Assembly: GCA_016199085.1 (NCBI GenBank)
Contig: JACQHJ010000002.1
Coordinates: 31,000-94,999, forward strand
DNA length: 64,000 bases
From: Candidatus Levyibacteriota bacterium
GTDB lineage: Bacteria; Patescibacteriota; Microgenomatia; Levybacterales; UBA12049
Reading direction: 5' to 3'
Positions 1 to 10,148 of this stretch are shown here, piece after piece; positions within the stretch are counted from its first letter, which is position 1; the number at the start of each line of letters is the position of its first letter. A program made the position numbers and the translations under genes. The notes beneath the pieces were generated by a model. That model was given only the letters and a program-made list of their open reading frames with translations. It did not search any database and was not told where the DNA came from.

Positions 1-8
1 AAAATAAT

Positions 9-461
9 ATGACAGTAGATGTAAAGCTAATCAAACAATTAAGAGACGAAACAGCAGCGTCAATTGCTGATTGCAGAAAGGCTTTGGAAGAAACTAAAGG
101 GGACTACGAAAAAGCTTTAGACTGGCTTAAAAAACACGGAATTGAGAAAGCCTCAGAAAAACAAGACAGAGAGACAAGTCAGGGAATAATTGAAAGCTAT
201 ATCCACCAAAACGGAAAAGTAGGAGTATTGATTGAGATTCTTTGTGAAACAGACTTTGTAGCAAGGACCGATGATTTCAAAAAGCTTGCCCATGAGGTTG
301 CAATGCAGGTTGCCGCCATGAATCCAAAAGACGTTGACAGCCTACTTAAACAGGAATATATTAGAGACAGCAAGGTAACAATAGGAGAGCTTGTAAAACA
401 AACAATAGGGAAATTAGGGGAAAACATTGTCATAAAGAAACTGGTCAGATTCGAAATATAA
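9..461 (+). CDS. tsf: Elongation factor Ts (short 150-aa form)
   Basis: N-terminal LIKQLRDET..ADCRKAL UBA-like domain, CETDFVAR motif, GENIVI C-terminus; directly upstream of frr. Confidence 0.97.
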   Translation: MTVDVKLIKQLRDETAASIADCRKALEETKGDYEKALDWLKKHGIEKASEKQDRETSQGIIESYIHQNGKVGVLIEILCETDFVARTDDFKKLAHEVAMQVAAMNPKDVDSLLKQEYIRDSKVTIGELVKQTIGKLGENIVIKKLVRFEI

Positions 462-1021
462 TGGATCCAATAACGACATCTACAAAGGCCCAGATGGACA
501 AAGTGATAGAGATGTTAAAAGCTGATTTATCAACTGTGAGGGCAGGAAAAGCATCCCCGGCATTAGTTGAAAATCTCGTAGTCGGAGCATACGGAGGCAC
601 CCAAAAGTTAAAAGTAATAGAGCTTGCCCAAATTCAGGCAACAGATCCCCAGACAATCGTAATTACCCCTTATGACGCTTCAATAATCGGAGAAATACAC
701 AAAGCAATTTTGGAGTCAAATACTGGGCTAACTCCTGTAATTGACGGACAACTCATCAGAATCTCAATCCCGCCGCTTTCCGAGGAAAGAAGGCAGGAAT
801 TGGTTCATCTGGTAAATCAAAAACTGGAAGGAGGAAAAATCCAGATAAGACAAGTTAGGCATGAAGGAATGGCAGAAGTCAAAAAGCAATTAAATGATAA
901 AGTAATTACCCAGGATGATAATCAAAGACTTGAAAAAGAAATACAAAAATTAACAGATGACACTATTTCCCAAATTGAAACAATGGGAAAACAAAAAGAA
1001 CAAGAATTAATGGTAATCTAA
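461..1021 (+). CDS. frr: Ribosome recycling factor
   Basis: STVRAGKASP, IPPLSEERRQEL and IQKLTD motifs; TAATG overlap with tsf. Confidence 0.97.
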   Translation: MDPITTSTKAQMDKVIEMLKADLSTVRAGKASPALVENLVVGAYGGTQKLKVIELAQIQATDPQTIVITPYDASIIGEIHKAILESNTGLTPVIDGQLIRISIPPLSEERRQELVHLVNQKLEGGKIQIRQVRHEGMAEVKKQLNDKVITQDDNQRLEKEIQKLTDDTISQIETMGKQKEQELMVI

Positions 1022-1028
1022 ACCCCCG

Positions 1029-1592
1029 ATGAAAAACGAAAATAGGGAAATCGAAGTCCGCTTTTTAAATATAAATCCTAAAGTTTTAATTAAAAAACTT
1101 CAGAAACTTAACGCAAAAGACGAAGGGGAATATAAAATAACAGAGACAATCTTTTACGATAAAGAAAAGACCTGGTTAAATATTGGTAAATTTGTCCGTA
1201 TCAGAAAAGCAAAGGATAAAATCTTAGTTTCCTATAAACATCATCAAAAACATACTGCAACAGATACGGTCGAAATTGAATTTGAGGTCAATGATTTTAA
1301 TAAAGCAAGAGATTTTATTGAAAGCTTAGGACTGGTTGCTTTTAGAATACAAGAGAAAAAGAGACACACTTTTAAGCTGGATAACGTCACTTTAGATATT
1401 GATACTTGGCCAACTATTCCAACATACGTAGAAATTGAAGGGGAGTCTGAGGAGGATTTAAAAGATATTGCTCAAAAATTAGATCTGGACTGGAAAAAGG
1501 CAGTATTTGAGAATGCCAAAATTGTTATAGAGAAATATTATAGAGTGCCGGTTTCTATATATAAATATTTTACTTTCAAGAAAATTGCATAA
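1029..1592 (+). CDS. CYTH/class IV adenylate cyclase-like protein
   Basis: N-terminal EIEVRF (ExExK-like), VRIR, EKKR and YVEIEG motifs. Confidence 0.85.
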   Translation: MKNENREIEVRFLNINPKVLIKKLQKLNAKDEGEYKITETIFYDKEKTWLNIGKFVRIRKAKDKILVSYKHHQKHTATDTVEIEFEVNDFNKARDFIESLGLVAFRIQEKKRHTFKLDNVTLDIDTWPTIPTYVEIEGESEEDLKDIAQKLDLDWKKAVFENAKIVIEKYYRVPVSIYKYFTFKKIA

Positions 1593-1660
1593 AATTGACC
1601 AATAGTAAAGTTGCGATTACAAGCATTTTACACTTACTTGGTGAAGAGTAAATACGAGGC

Positions 1661-2116
1661 CTAGGGTTTTAAATTATCGATCTGGGAAAGTTGTCCTAAG
1701 GTTCCAGTGGGACTCCTTTTACCGATAAGCATATCTTTTTTGTTCATTTCGCCAATTTCTTCAATAGTAAACCATCCATAATCTTGAAGCTCAGCGTCTA
1801 ATTTTATGTGATAATCTTTTACCCTGCCTTTTAGACTGACTAAGAAAATAAGTCCGAGTCGAATCTCACTATTATTATCTTTTTTCCAGGAATAACTTTG
1901 TATAAAAATGGGGGTTTTATCGATTTTTATACCAATCTCTTCTTTCACCTCACGTCTTATGGCATCCTCTACCGTTTCCCCAACCTCTATCTTTCCTCCA
2001 AGATTTTGCCATTTCCCAGGGAAAATATCATCAATTTTACTTCTTTGTACTAATAAAAATTTATCTGCGCAAAAGAGCGCTACTATAACTGACACTATTT
2101 GTAAGGGTTGATTCAT
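1661..2116 (-). CDS. NUDIX hydrolase
   Basis: Nudix box GGKIEVGETVEDAIRREVKEEIG. Confidence 0.9.
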   Translation of the reverse strand: MNQPLQIVSVIVALFCADKFLLVQRSKIDDIFPGKWQNLGGKIEVGETVEDAIRREVKEEIGIKIDKTPIFIQSYSWKKDNNSEIRLGLIFLVSLKGRVKDYHIKLDAELQDYGWFTIEEIGEMNKKDMLIGKRSPTGTLGQLSQIDNLKP

Positions 2117-2244
2117 GACTCTAATTTTGTATTAAAAAATATATGTTAGGATTTTAACACAATTGTTTTGGTATGAAAAATAAGCAACATTTTTATAATT
2201 AATACATTGAAAAATATCCTTTTATAGTGTAATCTAATAACTCA

Positions 2245-3372
2245 ATGTTAATTACCATTCTCGTTTTTCTCCTAATCCTTTCAATACTTGTTTTAATCCA
2301 TGAAGCAGGCCACTTCTTCGTTGCTAAATTTTTCAATATTAAGGTAGAAGAATTCGGATTCGGACTGCCTCCTCGTGCTTTTGGTATTAAAAGAGGGGAG
2401 ACTGTCTATTCTATCAATTGGCTTCCAATTGGAGGATTTGTAAAATTATTCGGGGAAGATGATGCTGGAGCAGGTAAGGTTTCATTACCAAAAATAACAC
2501 AAAATAAAACTACTAATAAAGACGAGAGTAGGGCATTCTATTCCCGTCCTGTTTGGCAAAGAGCTTCTGTTGTTTTTGCCGGAGTATTTATGAACTTTGT
2601 TTTGGCGGTTGCCATTGTATCAATCCTTTTCTCATTTATCGGAGTTGCGGTTGCCGGAAAAGATGTTGTAGTTGACCAGGTTATAAAAGGAGCTCCGGCA
2701 GAGCAGTCAGGTATAAAACCTAAAGACATAATAGTTAGTATCAATAATGTAAATATAACAACTCCTGACCAATTGGTTTTGTATACGAAAGATCATCTGG
2801 GAGAAAAACTGGTACTTAAGCTAAAAGATACAAAATCTAATATTAGAACCGTTGAGATAACCCCAAGAAGCCAATATCCCAAAGATCAAGGACCGATGGG
2901 GATTGCCATCTCTCAGAGTTTTACAACCAAAAAATACCCAATCTGGGAAGCACCGTTTGTAGGAACAAAAGAAGTTTTAAACCAGTCGGCAATGATAGGG
3001 CAGGGATTGGTAACAGTAGTAGTTCAGCTTATTACCCAGGGTTCGGTTCCCAAAGACGTTGCAGGACCTGTTGGAATTGCACAATTAACAGGAACGGTTG
3101 TTGAAATAGGCCTTCCTGCGGTTTTATCTTTTATTGCACTTTTATCACTAAATCTTGCAATTATTAATATTTTACCCATTCCTGCTTTGGACGGCGGAAG
3201 ACTTTTCTTTATTCTGATAGAGGGATTCACGGGTAGAAAGGTAAGTCCTAGAGTGGAAACTATGGCGCATACTATCGGTATGGCAGTATTACTTGGTCTA
3301 ATTGCCTTAATAACAATTCATGATTTGTTTAGAATAGCTAGCGGACAACCCTTGATTCCTCAGATAAAGTAG
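2245..3372 (+). CDS. rseP: RIP metalloprotease RseP (M50) with PDZ domain
   Basis: HEAGH, LPIGGFV and NILPIPALDGG motifs; central PDZ-like segment. Confidence 0.93.
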   Translation: MLITILVFLLILSILVLIHEAGHFFVAKFFNIKVEEFGFGLPPRAFGIKRGETVYSINWLPIGGFVKLFGEDDAGAGKVSLPKITQNKTTNKDESRAFYSRPVWQRASVVFAGVFMNFVLAVAIVSILFSFIGVAVAGKDVVVDQVIKGAPAEQSGIKPKDIIVSINNVNITTPDQLVLYTKDHLGEKLVLKLKDTKSNIRTVEITPRSQYPKDQGPMGIAISQSFTTKKYPIWEAPFVGTKEVLNQSAMIGQGLVTVVVQLITQGSVPKDVAGPVGIAQLTGTVVEIGLPAVLSFIALLSLNLAIINILPIPALDGGRLFFILIEGFTGRKVSPRVETMAHTIGMAVLLGLIALITIHDLFRIASGQPLIPQIK

Positions 3373-3373
3373 G

Positions 3374-4186
3374 TTATTTTATAAATAAATTACCGTTTAA
3401 TTCAAGAAATCTTTTTGATTTTGTTTGGAGATCTGCGTTTACTATTCCATCGTATCCCAATTCAATTTGAGTAAGAAGTGCTTCTGCAATAGCCCCATCT
3501 TCCCTATGTGCTCTTTGAGCCTTAGTTGTTTGATCAACTATATACTCGACCTGTCTGACCCCTATGTCTTCTATGTCACCCGTGATTGTCTGAACATGTT
3601 CCATATTGTGCCTTATTCCTTCTACTTGTCCTGTGATCTCCAAAGCCATACCCACAAGGCCTAGTTTATATACGGAATCATCCCGTGATACTATGATTGC
3701 AAATCCGAGTCCGTCTTCGGATAATGCACCAGGTGCATACATAGGAGATTTCTCTTTGGGTAGAGAGTCCACTGGAGTTACAATAACTGTATTACTTTCA
3801 CCGTATAGCTGCAAGAAATGCACAGCGCTTTTAAAGACGGGATTTTGGCTTTCTGCCATAAATTGTAAAGTTTTATCAATTCTGTCTTTGGTTTCTCTTA
3901 CCAATTCCCTGTGATTTTGGATTTGTCCTTCTGGTAGGGGATCAAAAGCGTACTTTGCAAGCGTAGCTTGTTCATTTTCAATTTCCAAAGGACTGAAATG
4001 AATGGTTCTTGCCGCCTCTGCTATTAAACCGGGAGTTAATGTAGCCTGTACGGTGTCTCTTCTTGCCTGAGCTTCTGCATCATTATATTTTACCGCAGCA
4101 ACTCCAACGGTTGTTGCAACAATCGCTGTTGCTGCAAGCGCTTCCGCAAATTGTCTTCCTCTGTTTACTCCCTCTCTTCTTGGCAT
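3374..4186 (-). CDS. Hypothetical protein with N-terminal hydrophobic segment (orphan class)
   Basis: 270-aa ORF filling the gap; MPRREGVNRGRQ followed by a hydrophobic helix; no recognisable family. Confidence 0.7.
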   Translation of the reverse strand: MPRREGVNRGRQFAEALAATAIVATTVGVAAVKYNDAEAQARRDTVQATLTPGLIAEAARTIHFSPLEIENEQATLAKYAFDPLPEGQIQNHRELVRETKDRIDKTLQFMAESQNPVFKSAVHFLQLYGESNTVIVTPVDSLPKEKSPMYAPGALSEDGLGFAIIVSRDDSVYKLGLVGMALEITGQVEGIRHNMEHVQTITGDIEDIGVRQVEYIVDQTTKAQRAHREDGAIAEALLTQIELGYDGIVNADLQTKSKRFLELNGNLFIK

Positions 4187-4271
4187 ATTTTGTTAATAGT
4201 TTTTTAAACGAAAATAGATTATATAAGAATACCGCATTTTAGTCAAACACAAGTGTGCTAAAATTATGAAA

Positions 4272-4940
4272 ATGAAGATAATAAAAGTAAAAGATGCTGG
4301 TGAAGGAGTAGATAAGGCGAAAAGTTTTATCTACAAATACTCCAATAGTCAAACCGCTTTATTTCTCTCAGGCGGTTTGACCCCAAAAGCCCTGTATCAA
4401 ACTCTTTCCACTGATAAAAAACTAAAGGCCGGAGCAGTTGCGGTTGTAGATGAAAGATTTGGGTTACCATTCCATGACAACTCAAATGAAAAAATGATCA
4501 AAGACTCACATCTTTTTGAATATCTTAAATCGACAAACACTTTGGTATTTACGGTTTTAAACGGAAAGGATATTGATAATACTACGAAAGATTATGAAAA
4601 AATCATCTCAAGGTTGTTTAAATCTTACAAACAAAAAATTGCTATCCTGGGAATTGGGGAGGACGGACATACGGCGGGTATTCCTAAAGGATACTACAAT
4701 TCAAATGAGTTGGTAATAAAAATAGATGATTTTCCCTCGGAGTTTAGGAAGCGTATTACTTTAACCTTTAAAGCACTAGAACAGATGGATAGGTTAATCG
4801 TTTTGGTTTTTGGTGAAAATAAAAAAAAGGTTTTAAATGAAATGTTTAAGAAGGGTTTACTTGAAGAACTTCCTGCAAGATTTTATTTACAGAAGGAAAT
4901 TTCTCAAAAGACTATTTTAATTACAGACCAGGCAGTTTAA
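4272..4940 (+). CDS. pgl: 6-phosphogluconolactonase (glucosamine isomerase fold)
   Basis: LSGGLTP, VDER, LGIGEDGHTAG and RITLT motifs; start placed 7 nt after TGcTAAAAT. Confidence 0.85.
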   Translation: MKIIKVKDAGEGVDKAKSFIYKYSNSQTALFLSGGLTPKALYQTLSTDKKLKAGAVAVVDERFGLPFHDNSNEKMIKDSHLFEYLKSTNTLVFTVLNGKDIDNTTKDYEKIISRLFKSYKQKIAILGIGEDGHTAGIPKGYYNSNELVIKIDDFPSEFRKRITLTFKALEQMDRLIVLVFGENKKKVLNEMFKKGLLEELPARFYLQKEISQKTILITDQAV

Positions 4941-5413
4941 GTATCTCTTTGAATTTTTCTACTTAACCTTTGAATTCCTTTTTTGGACATTTTCGATCTC
5001 CAGAGCACTATTGCTCCCTCTCCTTCATAGGGGTTTGGAATTGCGGTTTGAATAGCCATTACATTAAATCCTTCTTGTGGACTATAGACTAATTCATACG
5101 ACCTATATAAATCATGTGATTGTCCATTAACCAGACTGACACCTTCTTTTCTATCAACACCTCCTAAAAGATATGTTTTGTCAACTCTATCAAGGTAAAG
5201 CCTGGGGCGTCTGTAGTAGAAAGCATGAAAAAATAATGGATTTGAGTCAGCAGTTCTAACGCTAACGCTTGCGGGGTTTCTAGGATCTTGTTGATAAATT
5301 CTATTTCTTTCAACATAAGAAACCAAATCGACCATGAAAAGAGCTATTGTAGGACTTGGTGGTCTAAAGCTTTCAGGAATTAATATACTCTGTTCTATTT
5401 CTGTTTTTAGCAT
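4937..5413 (-). CDS. Hypothetical protein (orphan class)
   Basis: 158-aa ORF; TATAAT 6 nt upstream of ATG on the minus strand. Confidence 0.65.
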   Translation of the reverse strand: MLKTEIEQSILIPESFRPPSPTIALFMVDLVSYVERNRIYQQDPRNPASVSVRTADSNPLFFHAFYYRRPRLYLDRVDKTYLLGGVDRKEGVSLVNGQSHDLYRSYELVYSPQEGFNVMAIQTAIPNPYEGEGAIVLWRSKMSKKGIQRLSRKIQRDT

Positions 5414-5467
5414 CTGGATATTATACCGAAAAATTGCCAGAAGTTTATAAATTCAAGGAGAAGTATT

Positions 5468-5965
5468 TTACCGTCTAGCTGGGGGAAGACTTCTGAAAAT
5501 TGTTCTATCAAATAATCCTCTTAATTTTCCCAAAGCGCTTAATCCAGTTGAAACGGGAATGACTGCGTTGGAATCTCGTGGTTCTATAAGAGTAAGCTCA
5601 GCTCTGGCAATTGGTCCAGTGCCATCTCGAAGATATCTTTCCTGTAGCCTGTGACTTGCGGCATGGATTTCTCCTAAAGTGGCAGAAGATACTCCTATCT
5701 CCGTAGGTAGTGTACCATCTGGGTACACCAGGCCTACTTGTCTGATACTTACTCTCTCGATGATGATGGTAGTTCCATTGGTTCGTGTTATGTCGATCTC
5801 AAGTGTTTCGCCGTCTTCTGGTGGCGCAATGCCCTCTGGCCCTATTAACCTAGATGTTAAATCGTCTGCAAAAGCTCTCAATTGTTCATCTTCATGTAAT
5901 TGTTCAGGGGTCAACCTCCATCTACCTGCAATGTCTTGTCTTCTTTCAGTTATGTCTCCTGGCAT
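5468..5965 (-). CDS. Hypothetical Arg-rich, Lys-poor protein (orphan class)
   Basis: Start MPGDITERR; upstream TTGACA-N17-TATATT on the minus strand; hand count 19 Arg vs 1 Lys. Confidence 0.7.
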   Translation of the reverse strand: MPGDITERRQDIAGRWRLTPEQLHEDEQLRAFADDLTSRLIGPEGIAPPEDGETLEIDITRTNGTTIIIERVSIRQVGLVYPDGTLPTEIGVSSATLGEIHAASHRLQERYLRDGTGPIARAELTLIEPRDSNAVIPVSTGLSALGKLRGLFDRTIFRSLPPARR

Positions 5966-6026
5966 AGTTGCGAAAATATACACCTTGATATTTACTTTGT
6001 CAACACCTGACTATATAATCATGTTT

Positions 6027-7445
6027 ATGACTCCTTTTATTTTGGTAATCTTTGGAGCAACGGGAGATCTGGCACAACATAAACTAATCCCAGCCCTTTT
6101 TGCTCTTTTTAAGACAAACCATCTTCCCAAAGATTTTTATATCATCGGTTTCTCAAGAAGAGAATTTAAAGACGAAGAGTTTCATAGTTATTTTAAACCT
6201 CAATTGGAAGATCCTAAGTGGAAAGATTTTACCAGCCATCTTTTTTACCAATCGGCAAGTTTTGAAGAAAAAAACGGATATGAAAATCTCAACAAAAAGC
6301 TTTTAGAAATAGATGAGAAATTGGGAGCCTGCATAGCTAGATTTTTCTATCTTGCAACCCCGCCTGATCACTACGAAACAATTTTGGAAAAGCTTGTTGA
6401 AACAAAATTGTCTGAAGGATGCGGGCATGATAAAGGAAACTGGACAAGGCTTATTATTGAAAAGCCCTTTGGTAAAGACTTGGATACTGCAAAAGCCTTG
6501 GATAAAAAACTTGCCGAGATTTTTGAAGAAAAACAGATCTTTAGGGTAGACCACTATCTCGGCAAAGAAACCGTCCAAAACATGCTGGCATTTAGGTTTG
6601 CCAACGGAATTTTTGAGCCTGTCTGGAAAAAGGAATATATAGATCATGTCCAGATTACTTTTGCCCAGGATGAGGGAGTAGGAACCAGAGGAAAGTTCTT
6701 TGACGGAATTGGAATATTACGAGACATTGCCCAAAACCATTTATTGCAGCTGTTAGCTGCCGTAGCCATGGAAAGCCCCAAGAGTTTTACAAAAGAGGAC
6801 CTAAGAGATGCAAGAGCAGAGGTAATAAAAAATGTAAAAGTAGCTGATAATAATTCAATTATCAGGGGACAATATGAGGGGTACAAAGATGAAAAAGACG
6901 TAGAAAAAGATTCTGATACCGAAACATTTGTGGCGATGAAAATGTTTGTTAATACTAAAAGATTTAACGGCGTTCCTTTCTATGTTAGGGCAGGGAAGAA
7001 ATTAAAAAAAGAGGTAGTTGAGATATCGGTTGTCTTTATCCAAACGTGTCACATTTTGTTTAAGGAATACGGCTGTCCCGAGATCGGTAATGTAATCACA
7101 TTTCGAATCCAGCCGAATGAAGGGATAAGTTTAAGATTTATCGCAAAAACTCCCGGTGCAAAACTAGGTCTTGAGTCGGTTGACATGAAATTTAATTACA
7201 AAGAGGGTTTTGGAACAAGTGGTTTGGAAGCATACGAAAGAGTCTTGCTTGATATATTTGCAGGAGATCAGACTCTTTTTAACAGAAGCGATGAGTTGGA
7301 AAGTTCTTGGAAGTTTATTACTGAAATTTTAACTAAGTGGGAACAAAATAAAAGTGATTTATTAACCTACGAACAAGGAACGCTGGGTCCAGACAGGTCA
7401 AATGAATTAATAGAACAAGATGATAAGAAATGGCTTTTGATATGA
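6027..7445 (+). CDS. zwf: Glucose-6-phosphate 1-dehydrogenase
   Basis: GATGDLA, EKPFG and RVDHYLGKE motifs; true start about 6027 (TATAAT-N7-ATG), not 5679. Confidence 0.97.
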   Translation: MTPFILVIFGATGDLAQHKLIPALFALFKTNHLPKDFYIIGFSRREFKDEEFHSYFKPQLEDPKWKDFTSHLFYQSASFEEKNGYENLNKKLLEIDEKLGACIARFFYLATPPDHYETILEKLVETKLSEGCGHDKGNWTRLIIEKPFGKDLDTAKALDKKLAEIFEEKQIFRVDHYLGKETVQNMLAFRFANGIFEPVWKKEYIDHVQITFAQDEGVGTRGKFFDGIGILRDIAQNHLLQLLAAVAMESPKSFTKEDLRDARAEVIKNVKVADNNSIIRGQYEGYKDEKDVEKDSDTETFVAMKMFVNTKRFNGVPFYVRAGKKLKKEVVEISVVFIQTCHILFKEYGCPEIGNVITFRIQPNEGISLRFIAKTPGAKLGLESVDMKFNYKEGFGTSGLEAYERVLLDIFAGDQTLFNRSDELESSWKFITEILTKWEQNKSDLLTYEQGTLGPDRSNELIEQDDKKWLLI

Positions 7446-8356
7446 AAATAGGTTTTATTGGTCTTGGGAGAATGGGTAACAGAATGGTAGGGAAATTGAC
7501 TTTAGAAGGACACAATGTAGTTGTCTGGAACAGAACTTTGCAGGTTGCAAAAGATCTCCAAAAAGAAATAAATTCGATTCAGGTTTCTTCAAGTATTAAA
7601 GAGCTTATAGATTCACTCCCAAGGCCTAAAGTTATTTGGATTATGGTTTCTCACCAAGGTGTAGACGAAGTTTTAGATGAGGTTAAAAAATATTCAAAAA
7701 GTGGCGATGTGGTCGTAGATGGAGGCAATTCACATTTCCAAGATACTGAAAAAAGATTTAACGAGTTTGAAAAATTAGGAATTCACTTTTTGGGTATTGG
7801 AACAAGCGGTGGAATAGTTGCAACTAAAAACGGTTATCCTTTTATGGTCGGGGGAAGCAAAAAGGGATATGACATTATTAAGCCCATTTTGGATTCTTTA
7901 GCAAAACCACACGGAGGTCATCAGTATTTTGGAAAAGGCGGAGCAGGGCATTTTGTCAAAATGGTTCATAACGGAATTGAATACGGTATTATGCAGTCTC
8001 TTGGTGAAGGGTTCGAGGTCTTAGAAAAATCAAAATATAATTTCAATCTTTTAGATGTTGCAAAGCTTTGGCAAAAAGGCACTTTGGTTTCCGGTTTTAT
8101 GTTAGATAGGGCAAAAGACGCTTTGGAGAAAAATTCAAAGTTAGACGATATTGTCGGTGTTATTGATGCCTCAGGCGAAGCCTTATGGACAATAGAGGCA
8201 GCTAAAAAAGAAAATGTTAAAGTTGAAATAATTGAAAGATCGCTGGATTACAGGAAAAGATCAAAAACCGATAAGAAGATTCAGCAAAGCTTTACTGCCA
8301 GAATGGTTGCCGCTTTAAGAAGAGAATTCGGAGGACACGAAGTAAAGAAGCGTTAA
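7442..8356 (+). CDS. gnd: 6-phosphogluconate dehydrogenase (short, NAD-type)
   Basis: GLGRMG, DGGNS, GAGHFVKMVHNGIEYG and LRREFGGH motifs; ATGA overlap with zwf. Confidence 0.95.
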   Translation: MKIGFIGLGRMGNRMVGKLTLEGHNVVVWNRTLQVAKDLQKEINSIQVSSSIKELIDSLPRPKVIWIMVSHQGVDEVLDEVKKYSKSGDVVVDGGNSHFQDTEKRFNEFEKLGIHFLGIGTSGGIVATKNGYPFMVGGSKKGYDIIKPILDSLAKPHGGHQYFGKGGAGHFVKMVHNGIEYGIMQSLGEGFEVLEKSKYNFNLLDVAKLWQKGTLVSGFMLDRAKDALEKNSKLDDIVGVIDASGEALWTIEAAKKENVKVEIIERSLDYRKRSKTDKKIQQSFTARMVAALRREFGGHEVKKR

Positions 8357-9153
8357 ATGTTGTAGCCTTCTATATGTTCGGACCCCGGATGGTAAATACC
8401 TGAAGTTGTTCTTCCCGGACTCTCTCTGATTGTTTCCGTTAATTGAATAAGCTTTCCTGCAGGAACCTCGAGTCCAAACATTTGTAATGGTCCAATTGAT
8501 GCCCCTCCCTTAAAATGTCTTTGCCAAAGTTGATATTCCTGTACCCACACAGAGCCTAATTCAAATTTTCGCGCAGCAGCTTCCATTCTCTCTAATCTTT
8601 GGGTAAAAGCTACGGGTACATTGAGCTGGGCGTGAACAACTCTAAATAAAGCATAAGGAAGAAAGTAAGTTGGTTCTTGTTCCCATTGTCTTATACGCGT
8701 TGCTACCTTTTCGCCCTTAGGTGGATCAAAAAGGTCATCTTCTAAGGAATAGGGGGTTTGAATGAGTCCAGCTTTATTCTTTCCTCTCAAAATTATCTTT
8801 GTTCCCTCATGGTTTACTTCAATCCCGCTTCCCGAAAGAGGGAGTCTTAGAACTGGCATACCTTTTATCCCGAGGTCTTCGAGATTTCCCATAGCTGCTA
8901 CAGTATCTAGATATATCTGATCGCGTGTTATTCCCAAAAATGCTGCAAGCTTAAGTATTCGCTCTCCGTAAATATAAAACATTTCCTCTTCTATTTTTGC
9001 AAGTCGATTAGGGGGAAGTCCCAGTTCGGGACCGTTTCTTATCCTTTCTCTCCTTGTCGCATATTGTCGGATATATTTTAAATATTCTTTTCGTTTTCTT
9101 AAGGCAAAAAGCTCGAAAGCTGCCGGAGCTCCTCTTTGATCTTCAAGTGTCAA
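8353..9153 (-). CDS. Hypothetical protein (orphan class)
   Basis: 266-aa ORF; TTG start preceded by GGGAGG; no family recognised. Confidence 0.7.
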   Translation of the reverse strand: MTLEDQRGAPAAFELFALRKRKEYLKYIRQYATRRERIRNGPELGLPPNRLAKIEEEMFYIYGERILKLAAFLGITRDQIYLDTVAAMGNLEDLGIKGMPVLRLPLSGSGIEVNHEGTKIILRGKNKAGLIQTPYSLEDDLFDPPKGEKVATRIRQWEQEPTYFLPYALFRVVHAQLNVPVAFTQRLERMEAAARKFELGSVWVQEYQLWQRHFKGGASIGPLQMFGLEVPAGKLIQLTETIRESPGRTTSGIYHPGSEHIEGYNI

Positions 9154-9251
9154 TTTATCCTCCCTTTATATATAAAACGAATATATACAAAAATGCCTAC
9201 ATTTTAAAAAACAGTTTTATTTATACTAGAATTAAAATATAATAATAAAAC

Positions 9252-9575
9252 ATGAATGTAAACATTGATGATTTTAAAAAGATTGAGATAAGAATTGGTA
9301 AAGTTTTAGCCTGTGAGAAAGTCGAGAATGCAGATAAACTCCTAAGACTGCAAGTTGATTTCGGAGATTTTAAACGTCAGATTATTTCTGGCATTGCGCA
9401 GTGGTACGAAGCAAAAGATCTAGAGGGAAAACTTCTTCCTTTCATTGTTAATTTAGAGCCAAGAAATTTTAGGGGAGAAGAGAGTAAGGGAATGTTAATG
9501 GCAGCTGAAGGCGAAGACGAACCGGTTCTTCTTGAGCCATCTAAAGAAATAAAGGTGGGGAGTCTGGTTGTTTAA
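9252..9575 (+). CDS. tRNA-binding OB-fold protein (Trbp111/MetRS C-terminal-like)
   Basis: IDDFKKIEIRIG, ADKLL, RQIISGI and NLEPR..RGEESKGML motifs. Confidence 0.92.
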   Translation: MNVNIDDFKKIEIRIGKVLACEKVENADKLLRLQVDFGDFKRQIISGIAQWYEAKDLEGKLLPFIVNLEPRNFRGEESKGMLMAAEGEDEPVLLEPSKEIKVGSLVV

Positions 9576-9578
9576 ACA

Positions 9579-10112
9579 TTAAAGTTTTGTGTTATCAGTT
9601 TGTTCTTCTTTAGTAAAAATTCCCAACGAATTGCCACAAAATTTGTGAAAGTGTAATTCTATTAAGGTTTTGCCTATCTTTTCTTTCCACCAGACATGAA
9701 ATCCTTTTCTCTGTTCATCAAGAGGGTCAATATCCAAATCTTGTCCGCACTCATCACAGATAAATGTTTTAAGTTTTGGTTCTTCATAATCTGGCCAGGA
9801 GGAAACAATCTCTTTAAATCTTTGTATTGTCTTTTCGGAAAATTTATATTCGTTGCCAAAAGTATTTCTGTCTACCAATTCTTTCTTTGACTGATCAATT
9901 TTAATAACCCCTTTTTTAAACTGGGTTTCACAGGCATCGTTGCATATGTGGATAGGTAATTTATAATCTCCTGAATTTAACCAGTGGTACCAGGCCTCAT
10001 TTTTATATTCCTGGCAGTTTGCACATCGAAAGCCTCTGTATTCGGGAGATTCACTGGGGCACCAAGTCCCCACTATTTCTAAAAGAAGTTGTTGCTCTTT
10101 ATTTTTATCCAT
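9579..10112 (-). CDS. Hypothetical protein with two Cys/His clusters (putative double zinc finger)
   Basis: FRCANC...HICNDAC and FICDEC...HFHKFC. Confidence 0.7.
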   Translation of the reverse strand: MDKNKEQQLLLEIVGTWCPSESPEYRGFRCANCQEYKNEAWYHWLNSGDYKLPIHICNDACETQFKKGVIKIDQSKKELVDRNTFGNEYKFSEKTIQRFKEIVSSWPDYEEPKLKTFICDECGQDLDIDPLDEQRKGFHVWWKEKIGKTLIELHFHKFCGNSLGIFTKEEQTDNTKL

Positions 10113-10148
10113 AAGAGTACATAGATATTCTATCAGATTTTATAAAAC

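Noticed and set aside
5679-6026. 116-aa N-terminal extension of Zwf in the ORF track (similar over-long starts for proS 10356, prs 18210, amidase 46499, murB 53148, rpsF 47337)
   Set aside because: The extensions overlap real neighbouring genes. Family homology and -10 boxes place the starts downstream, so these are not fusions.
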